In this document: one piece after another, positions 51,374-51,568 of the stretch
How the letters are laid out: each line of letters opens with the position of its first letter
Numbering within the stretch: position 1 is the first letter of the stretch
Origin: Choristocarpus tenellus KU-1152
Lineage: Eukaryota > Protista > Phaeophyceae
Direction: 5' to 3'
NCBI GenBank assembly: GCA_964200185.2
Contig: CAXNAD020000009.1
Coordinates: 1-51,568 of the forward strand
Length of the DNA stretch: 51,568 nt
The notes under the pieces: model-generated
Told to the model about the DNA's origin: nothing
Databases searched by the model: none
What the model saw: the letters and a program-made list of their open reading frames with translations, nothing else
Program-made: the position numbers and the translations under genes

Positions 51374-51568
51374 GACTCAAAGTATCTGGGGGAGGGAGGG
51401 GTGGTTTGTGAGGGGGCGTCCGTTTCGGTCAAACAACTCTTTTTTGCTGACATTTTCAAATCCGACACGTGTGACCAAATCACACCAAAAAAAAAAAGTG
51501 AAAATCGAAAAAAGGGCGAAAAACGGACGCCGACACCCCCCAACAAACACCATAATAAAAAAACAAAA
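51374..51568. mobile_element. CpG-intact transposon end / MITE relative, truncated by the window end
   Basis: Starts GACTCAAAGTATCT (MITE TIR is GAGTCAAAGTATCT); inverted repeat GGCGTCCGTTT 51415-51425 / AAACGGACGCC 51521-51531 within a longer imperfect inverted repeat. Confidence 0.55.

Overview
This is eukaryotic nuclear DNA. It looks like a stramenopile of the brown-alga type: short GT-AG exons in long introns, brown-algal-type RTE LINE and Ty3/Gypsy peptides, and interstitial TTAGGG. Almost the whole window is one minus-strand multi-exon gene. I traced about 27 exons from ~49850 down to ~564 (about 2,100 codons), and nearly all junctions are phase-consistent. The product is a divergent FANCD2/FANCI-family solenoid protein that keeps the FANCD2 monoubiquitination-site motif (IHKQLF vs human IRK561QLS). 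The frame is interrupted by a few in-frame TGA codons and the window is visibly CpG-poor, which suggests recent pseudogenisation by 5mC deamination (CGA>TGA). The introns hold decayed elements: an RTE-type LINE 3' fragment, an internally deleted Gypsy (gag-PR-INT, no RT/RNase H), a Mutator transposase with a probable Ulp1 protease, two copies of a 260-bp TIR MITE plus a CpG-intact relative, weak DIRS/hAT/Sola-like scraps, a block of compact intronless relic ORFs (possible endogenous virus) and many tandem repeats. Protein assignments come from motif recognition by eye, not from database searches. The leading poly-G is probably an artefact.
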